Source: Candidatus Binatia bacterium
GTDB lineage: Bacteria > Desulfobacterota > Binatia > UBA9968 > JAJDTQ01
NCBI GenBank assembly: GCA_963664535.1
Contig: OY761465.1
Span: 841,350-905,349 of the forward strand
DNA length: 64,000 nt
Reading direction: 5' to 3'
In this document: piece by piece, positions 28,275 through 40,270 of the stretch
How the letters are laid out: each line of letters begins with the position of its first letter
Position numbering within the stretch: position 1 is the first letter of the stretch
The notes under the pieces: model-generated
Told to the model about the DNA's origin: nothing
The model's input: the letters and a program-made list of their open reading frames with translations, nothing else
The model's database searches: none
Position numbers and translations under genes: made by a program

Positions 28275-28922
28275 ATGGACGTTTCCACCGAAAAGACTCA
28301 CGACGCCATACCGGCTTCGGGCACCGCCCCCGCTGCGCCGCGGCGCCGGCCTGTCCGCGAGACCCCGAGGGCCTGGAACCTGTCCTCCCTGGCCGGACGG
28401 CTCACCGAAATGTCGGACTCGGGCGCGGCCCCTTCCCTCACCGCCGCGGCCGCGCTGATCCTCCAGGCCCAGCAGCGGGGAGAGCCCGCGGCGTGGATCG
28501 GCTTCGGCAACTCGATCTTCTTCCCGCCGGATTTCGCCGAGTGGGGCATCGATCTCGAGGCCCTGCCGGTGATCCGGGTCCCCGACGCCCTCGCCGCGTC
28601 CCGCGCGGCCGACCAGTTGCTGCGCTCCGGCGCGTTCGGCCTGGTGGTGCTGGACCTGAAGGCCGAGGCGCGGATGCACATGGCGATCCAGAGCCGCCTG
28701 GCGGCGCTGGCCCGGAAGCACCACGCGGCGCTCCTCTGCCTCACCCGCAAGAAGCGGGGCACGCCCTCGCTAGGGCCCCTGGTGTCGCTTCACGGCGAGG
28801 GCACTATCACGAGGACTGCCTTCAGCCGCTTCGACTGGGAAATCCGCATGGTCAAGGACAAGCGGGGGGCTCCGGGATGGAGCCACATGGAGTCGTGCCG
28901 TGGAACGGATGGCCTGTGTTGA
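28275..28922 (+). CDS. imuA: ImuA (RecA-fold SOS mutagenesis protein)
   Basis: LAGRLTEMSDSGAAPSLTAAAALILQAQQRGEPAAWIG is typical of ImuA; it heads the imuA-imuB-dnaE2 cassette. Confidence 0.7.
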   Translation: MDVSTEKTHDAIPASGTAPAAPRRRPVRETPRAWNLSSLAGRLTEMSDSGAAPSLTAAAALILQAQQRGEPAAWIGFGNSIFFPPDFAEWGIDLEALPVIRVPDALAASRAADQLLRSGAFGLVVLDLKAEARMHMAIQSRLAALARKHHAALLCLTRKKRGTPSLGPLVSLHGEGTITRTAFSRFDWEIRMVKDKRGAPGWSHMESCRGTDGLC

Positions 28923-30425
28923 CGTTGCGGCCTTTCCCCTGCAACTGCTGCTCCGGGACCATCCGGACTGGAAAGACCATCCCGCCGCGGTGGTGGACCG
29001 GGACAAGGCCCAGGGGACCATCCTCTGGGTAAACCATCGGGCGCGGGCCATGTGCATCCTCCCGGGCATGAGCTATGGCGCGGGGCTTGCGCTCTCGCGC
29101 CATCTCCGGGCGGACGTCATTTCCCGCTCGGCCATCGACAAGGCCGTGGCCGGCCTGGTTCCGCGCCTGCGGCGCTTCGCCGCCGAGGTGGAGCCCTCCC
29201 GGGACGAGCCCGGTGTGTTCTGGCTCGGGGCCTCGGGGCTTTCCCTGCTCCATCCCCGCCTGGAGGAATGGGCCGGACTCATCCACGGCGACCTCGACGG
29301 CGCCGGCCTTCGCAACACCGTGGCCGTGGGGTTCTCGCGTTTCGGCAGCTATGCCGCGGCCAAGGCCGGCGACCGGGTCGTGGTCTTCCGCACGCCCGAG
29401 GAAGAGCACAAACATGTCCGCGACGTCCGGATCGAACGTCTCGACCTCGCCCCCAAGGTCCGCGACCTCCTGGCCCGGCTCGGCATCCACACCCTGGGCG
29501 GCTTCCTGGACCTGCCCGCGTCCCAGGTGCGCTCGCGGCTGGGACGGGAAGCCCACCGTCTCCACCGGCTGGCCGCGGGCGACCTGTGGAGCCCGCTCCA
29601 TCCGGAGACGCCGTCCGAGCCCATCGCCGCGGGGGTCTTCCTGGACTACCCGGAGAGCGACCGGCGGCGGCTGGCGGTGCTCATGGAGGAGCTGCTGGAG
29701 CCTTTGCTTGAAGCGCTGGAGCAGCGCCACCAGGTGATGACCGCCCTCCTCCAGCTCCGCCTGGACGACAAGTCGGAGAAGGCCGAGACCCTGCGGCCGG
29801 CCCGGCCCATCCTGGACCGGGCACAGATCCTGGACCTCTTGCGGCTGCGCCTGGAAGCCACGGCGCTGCCGGCCGGGGTGACGGAAATCCTCATGGAGAT
29901 CCGGGGAGCTTCGCCGGATATCCGGCAGGGAGAGCTTTTCCACGGCGCCTCCGCGCGCGACCGCGACGCGGCCAACCGCGCGCTGGCGCGGTTGCGCGCC
30001 CGGTTCGGCGACGGCGCGCTGCTGCGGGCGCGGCTCCGTTCCGGGCATCTTCCGGAGGCGCGCTTCACCTGGGAGCCCATGGAAGACGTGCCGGCGCCGA
30101 GGCCGCGACCGGTCCGGCTGCGCCCGCTGGTGCGGCGTTTCTTCCCCAAGCCCGTCCGGCTCAGGGACCCCGCGCCGCCCGCTGCCATGGCCGAGCCCGT
30201 GGTCAGAGATGCCCGGGCCGGCGACGCCCGCGTTGACGGCGCCCGAACCGGCGGCGGCTTTCTCGGCCGGGAGAGTGCCGGCCCCTACATCATCTCCGGA
30301 GGATGGTGGGGATCGGGCGCCGGGGTGCACCGCGAGTACCACTTCATCCGCGCCGGCGAGGGCCCGTGGCTGTGGGTCTACTACGATTCCAAACGCCACG
30401 GCTGGTTCGTGCATGGAAAAGTGGA

Positions 30426-30429
<4 letters not shown>
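28909..30429 (+). CDS. imuB: ImuB (Y-family polymerase-like mutagenesis protein)
   Basis: UmuC-like N-terminus [14 protein letters not shown]; overlaps the imuA 3' end; lies between imuA and dnaE2. Confidence 0.75.
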
Positions 30430-33554
<3,125 letters not shown>

Positions 33555-33655
33555 GACGCGGCACTCCACCAGCAAGACGCTGTTGACAAACAGAGAGGAA
33601 CACGGTTTCTCAAAACCATCATTCCCAGCAGAAAAGCGACACGGGAGTATCTCGA

Positions 33656-33937
33656 ATGAAGCACCCTCTCAAGTTGGACGAGGAAGAAATGAAGATCCTA
33701 CGGGATTTCGAACGCGGGGAATTGAGAAGCATCACCCGTTTCAAGGAAAAAAAGCGCAAACTGGAAGAAGCTGCAGCCGCTTTCCTTCAGAAGGACAAGC
33801 GCATCAACATCCGGATCTCGTCCCGCGATCTGGAGGCCCTCAAAAAGAAGGCCAGCAAGGAAGGGATGCCCTACCAGACCCTCATCTCCAGCACGCTCCA
33901 CAAATTCGTGGCAGGGAAATTGAGAAGCGTGGAGTGA
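33656..33937 (+). CDS. BrnA-like (COG3514/RHH) antitoxin, orphan
   Basis: RINIRISSRDLEALKKKASKEGMPYQTLISSTLHKFVAG matches the BrnA C-terminal RHH region; ~50% GC; no BrnT gene in the 100-bp upstream spacer. Confidence 0.55.
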   Translation: MKHPLKLDEEEMKILRDFERGELRSITRFKEKKRKLEEAAAAFLQKDKRINIRISSRDLEALKKKASKEGMPYQTLISSTLHKFVAGKLRSVE

Positions 33938-33945
33938 CGCGTGGG

Positions 33946-34434
33946 CTAACTCCTGGGGAAGTCGAACAGCACCTCGTCGCCCCGGGCATATCCGACGACG
34001 GACCAAGTGTCGACTTCGAACCTGAGATGCAGCACGCCGCAGGTGGGCAGGTTGGGAATCGGCCGCGGCCCCAGGTGATTGGCCAGCTCGGTCAGCCCCG
34101 GGTTGTGGCCGAACAACATCAGTGTCGCCACAGACTCGTCCGCATTGCGAATCACATCGAGCAACTCGTCGACGCCGGCACCGTAAAGCCGGTCCTTTAC
34201 CATGATGTCCTTGGGCGGGTAGCCGAGCGTCTTGGCGATGATCCGCGCCGTCGTCAGAGCCCGCACGGCCGGGCTCGACACGATCAGGTCCGGCCTGTCC
34301 TTGCGCCGTGCCAGCCGTGCCCCCATCTCGGGCGCGTCCCGTTCACCCCGTTTGTTGAGAGGCCTATCACGATCGTTGAGGCCGGAGTCCTTCCAGCTCG
34401 ACTTGGCGTGCCGTACGATGATCAACTCTTTCAC
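33946..34434 (-). CDS. SixA-type phosphohistidine phosphatase (histidine phosphatase superfamily, branch 1)
   Basis: N-terminal catalytic RHAKS motif (IIVRHAKSSW); ~160 aa. Confidence 0.7.
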   Translation of the reverse strand: MKELIIVRHAKSSWKDSGLNDRDRPLNKRGERDAPEMGARLARRKDRPDLIVSSPAVRALTTARIIAKTLGYPPKDIMVKDRLYGAGVDELLDVIRNADESVATLMLFGHNPGLTELANHLGPRPIPNLPTCGVLHLRFEVDTWSVVGYARGDEVLFDFPRS

Positions 34435-34458
34435 TAGCGACTCGCTTGCGGCGGCACG

Positions 34459-35322
34459 TCACGCCACCGAACGGCGACCCGGTTCCGGCTTCGCCGGCTG
34501 GCTGAAGGGCCGGTCGTGCTGCAGGCTCGGCACGCGCTGGCGGGCGCCGGCGACGCTCTCCATGTCCACGGTGACGACGATTGTCCCCTCCTCGTCACCG
34601 CCCTCCCCAAGGACCTCGCCCCAGGGTGAGACGATGAGCGAGTGGCCGTAGACGGCGCCGCCGCCGGGCACGGGGCCGACGGAACAGGGGGCCACCACGA
34701 CGGCGCCGTTCTCGATGGCGCGGGCGCGGTTCAGCACGTGCCAGTGGGCCTGTCCGGTGACCTTGGTGAAGGCCGCGGGCACCGCCAGGATCTCGGCGCC
34801 GGCCTGTGCCAGCGAGCGGTAGAGGTGCGGAAAGCGCAGGTCGTAGCAGGTGGTCATGCCGAGGCGGCCCCAGGGGGTGTCCGCCACCACGGCCTGCTTT
34901 CCGGGACTGACCACCGCGGACTCGCGGTAACGCTCGGTATCGGACAGGTCGACGTCGAACAGGTGGATCTTGTCGTAGCGGGCGCGGATGTCGCCTTGGT
35001 CGTCCACCAGGAAGCCGCGGTTGATGAGGCGGCCGTCGGTTCCGTCCACCGCCACGGAGCCGATGAGCAACCACGCGCCGGCATCGCGGGTGAAGGCGCG
35101 CAGCGCTTCGAGCACGGGGTGCCTCGCTTCCGGCGCGGCCGGGGGCTTGAGCACGCCGTTCTCGGTGGCGAGGCCGCCGCAGAACTCGGGCAGGCACACC
35201 AGCTCGGCCCCCGCCGCCACCGCGTCGCCGGCCAGGCGGCGGGCCGCCTCGATGGCCTCGTCGAAGGTCGCCAGGGCCGGCGTCTGGACACAGCCGATAC
35301 GCACTTCGCGTTTGGTGGTCAT
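34459..35322 (-). CDS. carbon-nitrogen hydrolase (nitrilase/omega-amidase family)
   Basis: catalytic triad context: E in LVCLPEF, K in RYDKIHLF, C in [10 protein letters not shown]. Confidence 0.8.
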   Translation of the reverse strand: MTTKREVRIGCVQTPALATFDEAIEAARRLAGDAVAAGAELVCLPEFCGGLATENGVLKPPAAPEARHPVLEALRAFTRDAGAWLLIGSVAVDGTDGRLINRGFLVDDQGDIRARYDKIHLFDVDLSDTERYRESAVVSPGKQAVVADTPWGRLGMTTCYDLRFPHLYRSLAQAGAEILAVPAAFTKVTGQAHWHVLNRARAIENGAVVVAPCSVGPVPGGGAVYGHSLIVSPWGEVLGEGGDEEGTIVVTVDMESVAGARQRVPSLQHDRPFSQPAKPEPGRRSVA

Positions 35323-35376
35323 GGGTTGCTCTCCCCGTAATGTGATTCTCTCCAAGTCTAACGCTTTGGCAGAAAA

Positions 35377-35880
35377 TTACGAAGCACGCGTGAGCCGGTG
35401 GATCAGCTCGCGGTGCCGTGGGTAGCGGTTGAGCAGCTCTTCCCTTGCGGGCATCTCGAAATCGGCGAAGTCGAAACTGGGGACGCAGGTGCAGCCCACG
35501 AGGGTGTAGCCCGCGCCGCCGTCCAGGGAGGCGCCGAACAGCGAGCCGCCGGGCACCAGCGCCTGAAGGCACTCGCCCGCCTCCGGGTCCGGGCCCATGC
35601 GGATGGGCGAATAACGGCCGGCGGCGTCAATGATGTGCACGGTGAGAGTCGAGCCCGCGTAGAAGTGCCACAGCTCGTCCTGCTTGATGCGGTGGAGGGC
35701 GGAGAACTCTTCGTCCCGTAGCAGGAAATAGATGGAGGTGCCGAGGTTGCGAGGACCGTCATAGCCTGGCAGCGCCCCGTCCGGCACCGCGATCGGGGAC
35801 CGATAGATCTCCTTGAAGTAGCCGCCTTCGGGATGGGGTTCGAGGCCGAGATGGTCAATCCAGTAGATGGCGTCAATCAC
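35377..35880 (-). CDS. cupin-domain protein (DUF985-like)
   Basis: GTG start at 35880; conserved cupin core ...LHRIKQDELWHFYAGSTL...GCTCVPSFDF...; only the 3' third of the long 344-aa ORF is real. Confidence 0.45.
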   Translation of the reverse strand: MIDAIYWIDHLGLEPHPEGGYFKEIYRSPIAVPDGALPGYDGPRNLGTSIYFLLRDEEFSALHRIKQDELWHFYAGSTLTVHIIDAAGRYSPIRMGPDPEAGECLQALVPGGSLFGASLDGGAGYTLVGCTCVPSFDFADFEMPAREELLNRYPRHRELIHRLTRAS

Positions 35881-37105
35881 GGGACGGCCTCCCGGGGGCG
35901 CCTCCCCGACTCCTCCCCGCCTGGATTCCCGCTTTCGCGGGAATGACGGGTCTGGGGTCGCGCAGCGTCCGGCGCCAGAGCGCGAGGTCTCCGCCGCCGT
36001 CGAAATGATACCGTTGCAGAGCTTCGAGGTCCAGGGTGACGCCGAGGCCGGGGCCATCGGGCGGGCGCATGAAGCCGTTTTTGGGCTCCAGGGGCTCCTG
36101 GAGCAGGCCGCTGCGGAGCGGGTTCTCGTTGTAGTCGAACTCCATGACCGAGCTGTTCTCCAGCGCGGCGGCCAGATGCAGGCTGGCGGCCAGGGCGATG
36201 CCGTCGCCGTAGGTGTGGAGCGAGACCGGGAGACCCTGTTCGGCGGCCAAGGCCGCGATGGTGCGCACCTCGCTGATGCCGCCGGCCCGGGCGACGTCGG
36301 GCTGGAGGACGTCGACGGCGTCGCGGGCCATGAACGACTCGAAGGCGAAACGGGTGTGAAGGTTCTCGCCCAGGGCCACGGGGACGCCGGTGCGGGCCTT
36401 GAGTTGCGCATGGCCGGCCACGTCCTCCATGAACAGGGGTTCCTCCAGCCAGCCGATGCCGAGCTTCTCGAACGCCGCGGCGACGGTCAGGGCCACGTCC
36501 AGCTCGTAGCCCTGGTTGGCGTCGGTCATGAGCGGGAAATCGGGTCCCAGGGCGGACCGCACGGCGCTGACGATCTCGATGTCCTGGTCCAGGTCGAAGC
36601 CCACCTTGATCTTGATGCCGTGGAAGCCCCGCTCCGCCAGCTTCTCGGCCTTCTCCACCGCGGCCCGGGTTTCCTCGGGATAGAGGGCCGTGGCGTAGAC
36701 CTCCACCGGGTCCCGGCGCTTGCCGCCCAGCAGCTCGTACACCGGCACGCCCTTCACCTTGCCGGCGATGTCCCACAAGGCGGTGTCCACGCCGCTGAGG
36801 GCCACCACCCCGACGCCCCTGGAGCCGAAGGCGCGGACCCCTGCGCGGAAATAGGCAGTGTCCCAGACCTCCTCGATGGCGAGCGGGTCCATGCCGACGA
36901 GCAGCGGTTTGAGCACATGGGCGACGATGGATTCCAGCACCAGCCCGTTGCCCGAGCACGAGCCCACGCCGGTGACTCCCTCATCGGTATGGACCTCCAC
37001 CAGGAGCCCATAGCGATGGGTTCGTACCCCCGTGCGGCTTTCCACCCGGCCGTGAACACCCATCGGCGCGCACAGCCGGATGGTTCGGATGTCCGTAATC
37101 TTCAT
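35873..37105 (-). CDS. enolase-superfamily enzyme (mandelate racemase/muconate lactonising enzyme family)
   Basis: metal ligands in the KVGFDLDQD, EEP and the D-rich region; the last ~25 codons are encoded by a REP element copy (tail ...VIPAKAGIQAGRS...). Confidence 0.8.
   Translation of the reverse strand: MKITDIRTIRLCAPMGVHGRVESRTGVRTHRYGLLVEVHTDEGVTGVGSCSGNGLVLESIVAHVLKPLLVGMDPLAIEEVWDTAYFRAGVRAFGSRGVGVVALSGVDTALWDIAGKVKGVPVYELLGGKRRDPVEVYATALYPEETRAAVEKAEKLAERGFHGIKIKVGFDLDQDIEIVSAVRSALGPDFPLMTDANQGYELDVALTVAAAFEKLGIGWLEEPLFMEDVAGHAQLKARTGVPVALGENLHTRFAFESFMARDAVDVLQPDVARAGGISEVRTIAALAAEQGLPVSLHTYGDGIALAASLHLAAALENSSVMEFDYNENPLRSGLLQEPLEPKNGFMRPPDGPGLGVTLDLEALQRYHFDGGGDLALWRRTLRDPRPVIPAKAGIQAGRSRGGAPGRPSRD
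35905..35950. repeat. REP/MITE-like element copy (CCTGGATTCCCGCTTTCGCGGGAATGAC)
   Basis: matches the copies at 60926-60953 and 60996-61023 exactly over 28 bp. Confidence 0.7.
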
Positions 37106-37266
37106 TCGAGTTCCCATGCCTTTCCGCGAACGCCCATGGCCACCCCTTTCCCGTCAGCGTGCCGGGACCCGGCCAGCCTTGACACCCAGGCGCGGCGTCT
37201 CATAGATTCGTTGATGAATCCGCGGGTCTTTCTTACTCTGACCGGACACCGCCGAAGGAGCCCCCA

Positions 37267-38355
37267 TTGAGCAGGCCAACCGTTATCGATGCCGACGGGC
37301 ACGTGCAAGAGAAGTATATTCGCTGGGAGGACTACCTGGAAGAGCCCTACCGCTCTCAGGCCCCGCGAGTGGTCAAGGACAACCGCGGCGTCGACTTTCT
37401 GATGGTGGAGGGCAAGCTCTGGCCCAAGCCATCCGGCCCCGGCGTGGGCAACGTGGGTGCGGGCTACAGCCGCCGGCCCCAGCCCACCACCGGCATGGCG
37501 GACCCGGTCCAGCGGCTCAAGGACATGGACCTGGAGGGCATCGACACCGCCGTGCTGTTCGGCACCAACGTGTTCCTGAGCCTGGCCTACTACGAGGACG
37601 CCGACAACGCCTGTGCCCTAGCCCGGGCCTACAACAACTGGCTCGCGGAGTATTGCAGCCAGGACCGTGACCGACTCAAGGGGGTGGCGCTGGTGCCGAT
37701 CCAGGAGCCGCGGGAAGCGGTCAGGGAGCTCAGGCGTTGCGTCAAGGAGCTGGGGTTCGTGGCCGCGGGTACGCCGGCCCACTCCACTGCCGGAGGCAAC
37801 CTGGACAACCCCGAGTTGCGGCCGTTCTTCGCCGCGGCCCAGGAACTGGACGTGCCGGTGTGCGTCCACGTGGGCGCGGGGCGGCCGGCGGCGGGCACCG
37901 AGCGCTCCACCAACGCGTTCTTCAACCACGTGCTGACCCACCCGTTCGAGCAGATGATCGGCTGCCTGTGCATTGTCGCGGGCGGCATCCTCGAGGAGTT
38001 TCCGGGGCTCCGGGTGGCTTTCCTCGAAGCCGGCGCGGGCTGGGTGCCCTACTGGATCGAGCGCATGGACGAACACTACGAGTACATGCAGCCGGCGGTG
38101 CCCTGGCTCAAGAAGACCCCCGGCGAGTACATGCGCGGCGAGCAGGTCTTCTACTCGTTCGAGCCGGACGAGCAGACGCTGCCGTTCGTTCTCGACTTCG
38201 TGGGACACGACCGGCTGGTGTTCGCGTCCGACTACAATCACGGCGACTGCAAGTTCCCGCACACGGTGAGCTCCATGCTGGAGCGCAAGGACCTGCCGGA
38301 AGGAGCCCTGAACCGCATCATGAACGAGAACGCGCGGCGTCTCTATCGCCTCTAA
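37267..38355 (+). CDS. amidohydrolase_2 family metal-dependent hydrolase (paralog of 17009-18103)
   Basis: VIDADGH ... SDYNHGD metal-ligand motifs. Confidence 0.75.
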   Translation: MSRPTVIDADGHVQEKYIRWEDYLEEPYRSQAPRVVKDNRGVDFLMVEGKLWPKPSGPGVGNVGAGYSRRPQPTTGMADPVQRLKDMDLEGIDTAVLFGTNVFLSLAYYEDADNACALARAYNNWLAEYCSQDRDRLKGVALVPIQEPREAVRELRRCVKELGFVAAGTPAHSTAGGNLDNPELRPFFAAAQELDVPVCVHVGAGRPAAGTERSTNAFFNHVLTHPFEQMIGCLCIVAGGILEEFPGLRVAFLEAGAGWVPYWIERMDEHYEYMQPAVPWLKKTPGEYMRGEQVFYSFEPDEQTLPFVLDFVGHDRLVFASDYNHGDCKFPHTVSSMLERKDLPEGALNRIMNENARRLYRL

Positions 38356-38392
38356 TCCGGCCACGGGGCCGGCCTCAACCCTCGGAGTCACC

Positions 38393-39418
38393 ATGCAAGG
38401 CAACAAGATCTGTATCCCGGCCCCGCACAAGCTTTCGGTGGGGCGGGACGTGCTGGAGGAGGCGGGCTGCGAGCTCGTGCTGGGGAAGGATCAGGACGAG
38501 CATCCCAAGCACCGCTATACGGAAGACGAGTTGGTGGCTCTGATAGGCGACAGCGACGCCGTCTGGGCGGCCCAACGGGACTTCATCAGCGGCGGGGTGC
38601 TGGCCCGCTGCCCGAAGCTGCGAGGGGTGATCAAGGCCGCCATCGGCTACGAGACCATCGACGTGGAGGCGGCCACCGAGCTGGGCATCCTGGTGTGCAA
38701 CAGCCCGGCGCGGGAGAACTTCACGGGGGTGGCCGAGGCCACCGTCGGGCTCATGTCCATGCTGTTCAAGCGATTGGTGCACAACCAGCAGCTCCTGCGT
38801 GAGGGCGGCTGGAAGCGCAACGAGCACCGGGGCAACCTGATGGTCGGCCGCACCGTCGGCATCGTCGGCCTCGGACGGGTAGGCAAGGAGGTCGCCAAGC
38901 GCCTGGGTCCGTGGGAAATGCGGCTCATCGCCTGCGATCCCTACATCACCCAGGAGTCGGTGCAGCACCTGGGGGTGGAGCTGGTGTCGCTGGACACCGT
39001 GCTCCGGGAATCCGACCTCGTCACCCTGCACACGCCGCTCACCGAGGAGACGCGCCGGCTCATCACCCTGGCCGAAATCAAGAAGATGAAGCCCACCGCC
39101 TACCTGGTGAACACCTGCCGCGGGGGCGTCGTCAAGCAGGATGACCTGGCGCGGGCGTTGAACGATGGAGTCATCGCCGGCGCCGCCGTGGACGTGTTCG
39201 AAGAGGAACCGCTGCCCATGTCGGATCCCATCCGGCAGGTGGACCCCGAGCGGCTGATCATAACCCCGCACATCATCGGCACGAACCCGCAGTCGCAGGT
39301 ATCAGGTGAGCGCATGGCCGCCCAGAGCTTACTCACGGTGCTGGCCGGCCAAGTGCCCGAGACCGTGGTGAACCCGGCGTGTGTGGATTCCTGGCGCGAA
39401 CGGTTCGGCGCCCGTTGA
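38393..39418 (+). CDS. D-isomer-specific 2-hydroxyacid dehydrogenase (NAD-binding)
   Basis: Rossmann motif GIVGLGRVG; catalytic R/E/H context HTPLTEETRRLI...NTCRGGVV. Confidence 0.8.
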   Translation: MQGNKICIPAPHKLSVGRDVLEEAGCELVLGKDQDEHPKHRYTEDELVALIGDSDAVWAAQRDFISGGVLARCPKLRGVIKAAIGYETIDVEAATELGILVCNSPARENFTGVAEATVGLMSMLFKRLVHNQQLLREGGWKRNEHRGNLMVGRTVGIVGLGRVGKEVAKRLGPWEMRLIACDPYITQESVQHLGVELVSLDTVLRESDLVTLHTPLTEETRRLITLAEIKKMKPTAYLVNTCRGGVVKQDDLARALNDGVIAGAAVDVFEEEPLPMSDPIRQVDPERLIITPHIIGTNPQSQVSGERMAAQSLLTVLAGQVPETVVNPACVDSWRERFGAR

Positions 39419-39436
39419 ACAGATTGGAGGAAACCC

Positions 39437-40255
39437 GTGGCTGAAAGGGAATGCATCATCGAGGAAATAGACGAGGAAACAGGCGTCGCCTGGATCACCC
39501 TCAACCGGCCCGAGAGGAAGAACGCCTTGAGCCGCAAGCTGCTGGCGGAGCTGGCGGACAGCCTCAAGACCCTGTCGGTCAACGACAACATCCGCTGCAT
39601 CGTCACTACGGGAGCGGGCAACGCGTATAGCTCGGGGCTGGACCTGTACGACCTGCGGGCGTCGTGGCAGGGCAAGCGCCGGCTCTATGAAGGCGGCTCG
39701 GCGCGGGAGATCGTCACGCTGCTGCGCCAGGCGCCGCAGGTCACCGTGGCCGCGGTCAACGGCTGGGCGCTGGGCGGCGGGCTGGTGCTGGTGAACGGTC
39801 ATGACCTGGCCATCTCCGCGGACACGGCGCAGTTCGGCATGCCGGAGATCATCCGCGGGAGCTACGGCGCCACCGCTACCCCGACGCTCTTCCGCAGCGG
39901 CATCCCTTTCAAGAAGGCCTTCTACATCCAGCTCACCGGCGAGAACCTGGACGGCGCCGAGGCCGAGCGCCTGGGACTGGTGTCCAAGACGGTGCCGGAG
40001 CAGGAGTTGATCCCGTTCGTGCGGGAGTTCGCCGCCACCGTCGCCACGCGCCACCCGGCGACCCTGGAACACGCCAAGATCGCCGCCTACACGGCCATGG
40101 ACCTGGACAACAGCCGCGGGCTCCTGGTGGACGAGATCATCTCCCACCGCATGCGGGTGTACACGAACCCGCTGAACGACGTGGAGGGTTACCTGCAGTC
40201 CCAGAAGGGCGGCGGCAGCGTGGCCTACGAGAAACCGGACGCGAAGAAGTCGTAG
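39437..40255 (+). CDS. enoyl-CoA hydratase/isomerase (crotonase) family protein
   Basis: oxyanion-hole and CoA-binding regions VTTGAGNAYSSGLDL and AAVNGWALGGG. Confidence 0.8.
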   Translation: MAERECIIEEIDEETGVAWITLNRPERKNALSRKLLAELADSLKTLSVNDNIRCIVTTGAGNAYSSGLDLYDLRASWQGKRRLYEGGSAREIVTLLRQAPQVTVAAVNGWALGGGLVLVNGHDLAISADTAQFGMPEIIRGSYGATATPTLFRSGIPFKKAFYIQLTGENLDGAEAERLGLVSKTVPEQELIPFVREFAATVATRHPATLEHAKIAAYTAMDLDNSRGLLVDEIISHRMRVYTNPLNDVEGYLQSQKGGGSVAYEKPDAKKS

Positions 40256-40270
40256 CGGCGGGAACAGGAC

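Noticed and set aside
35377-36411. 344-aa ORF and the overlapping 157-aa ORF (35403-35876)
   Set aside because: Only the 3' ~167 codons (cupin) are coding. The upstream part is antisense to the enolase-family gene and runs through the REP element, giving the SFPRKRESR peptide.
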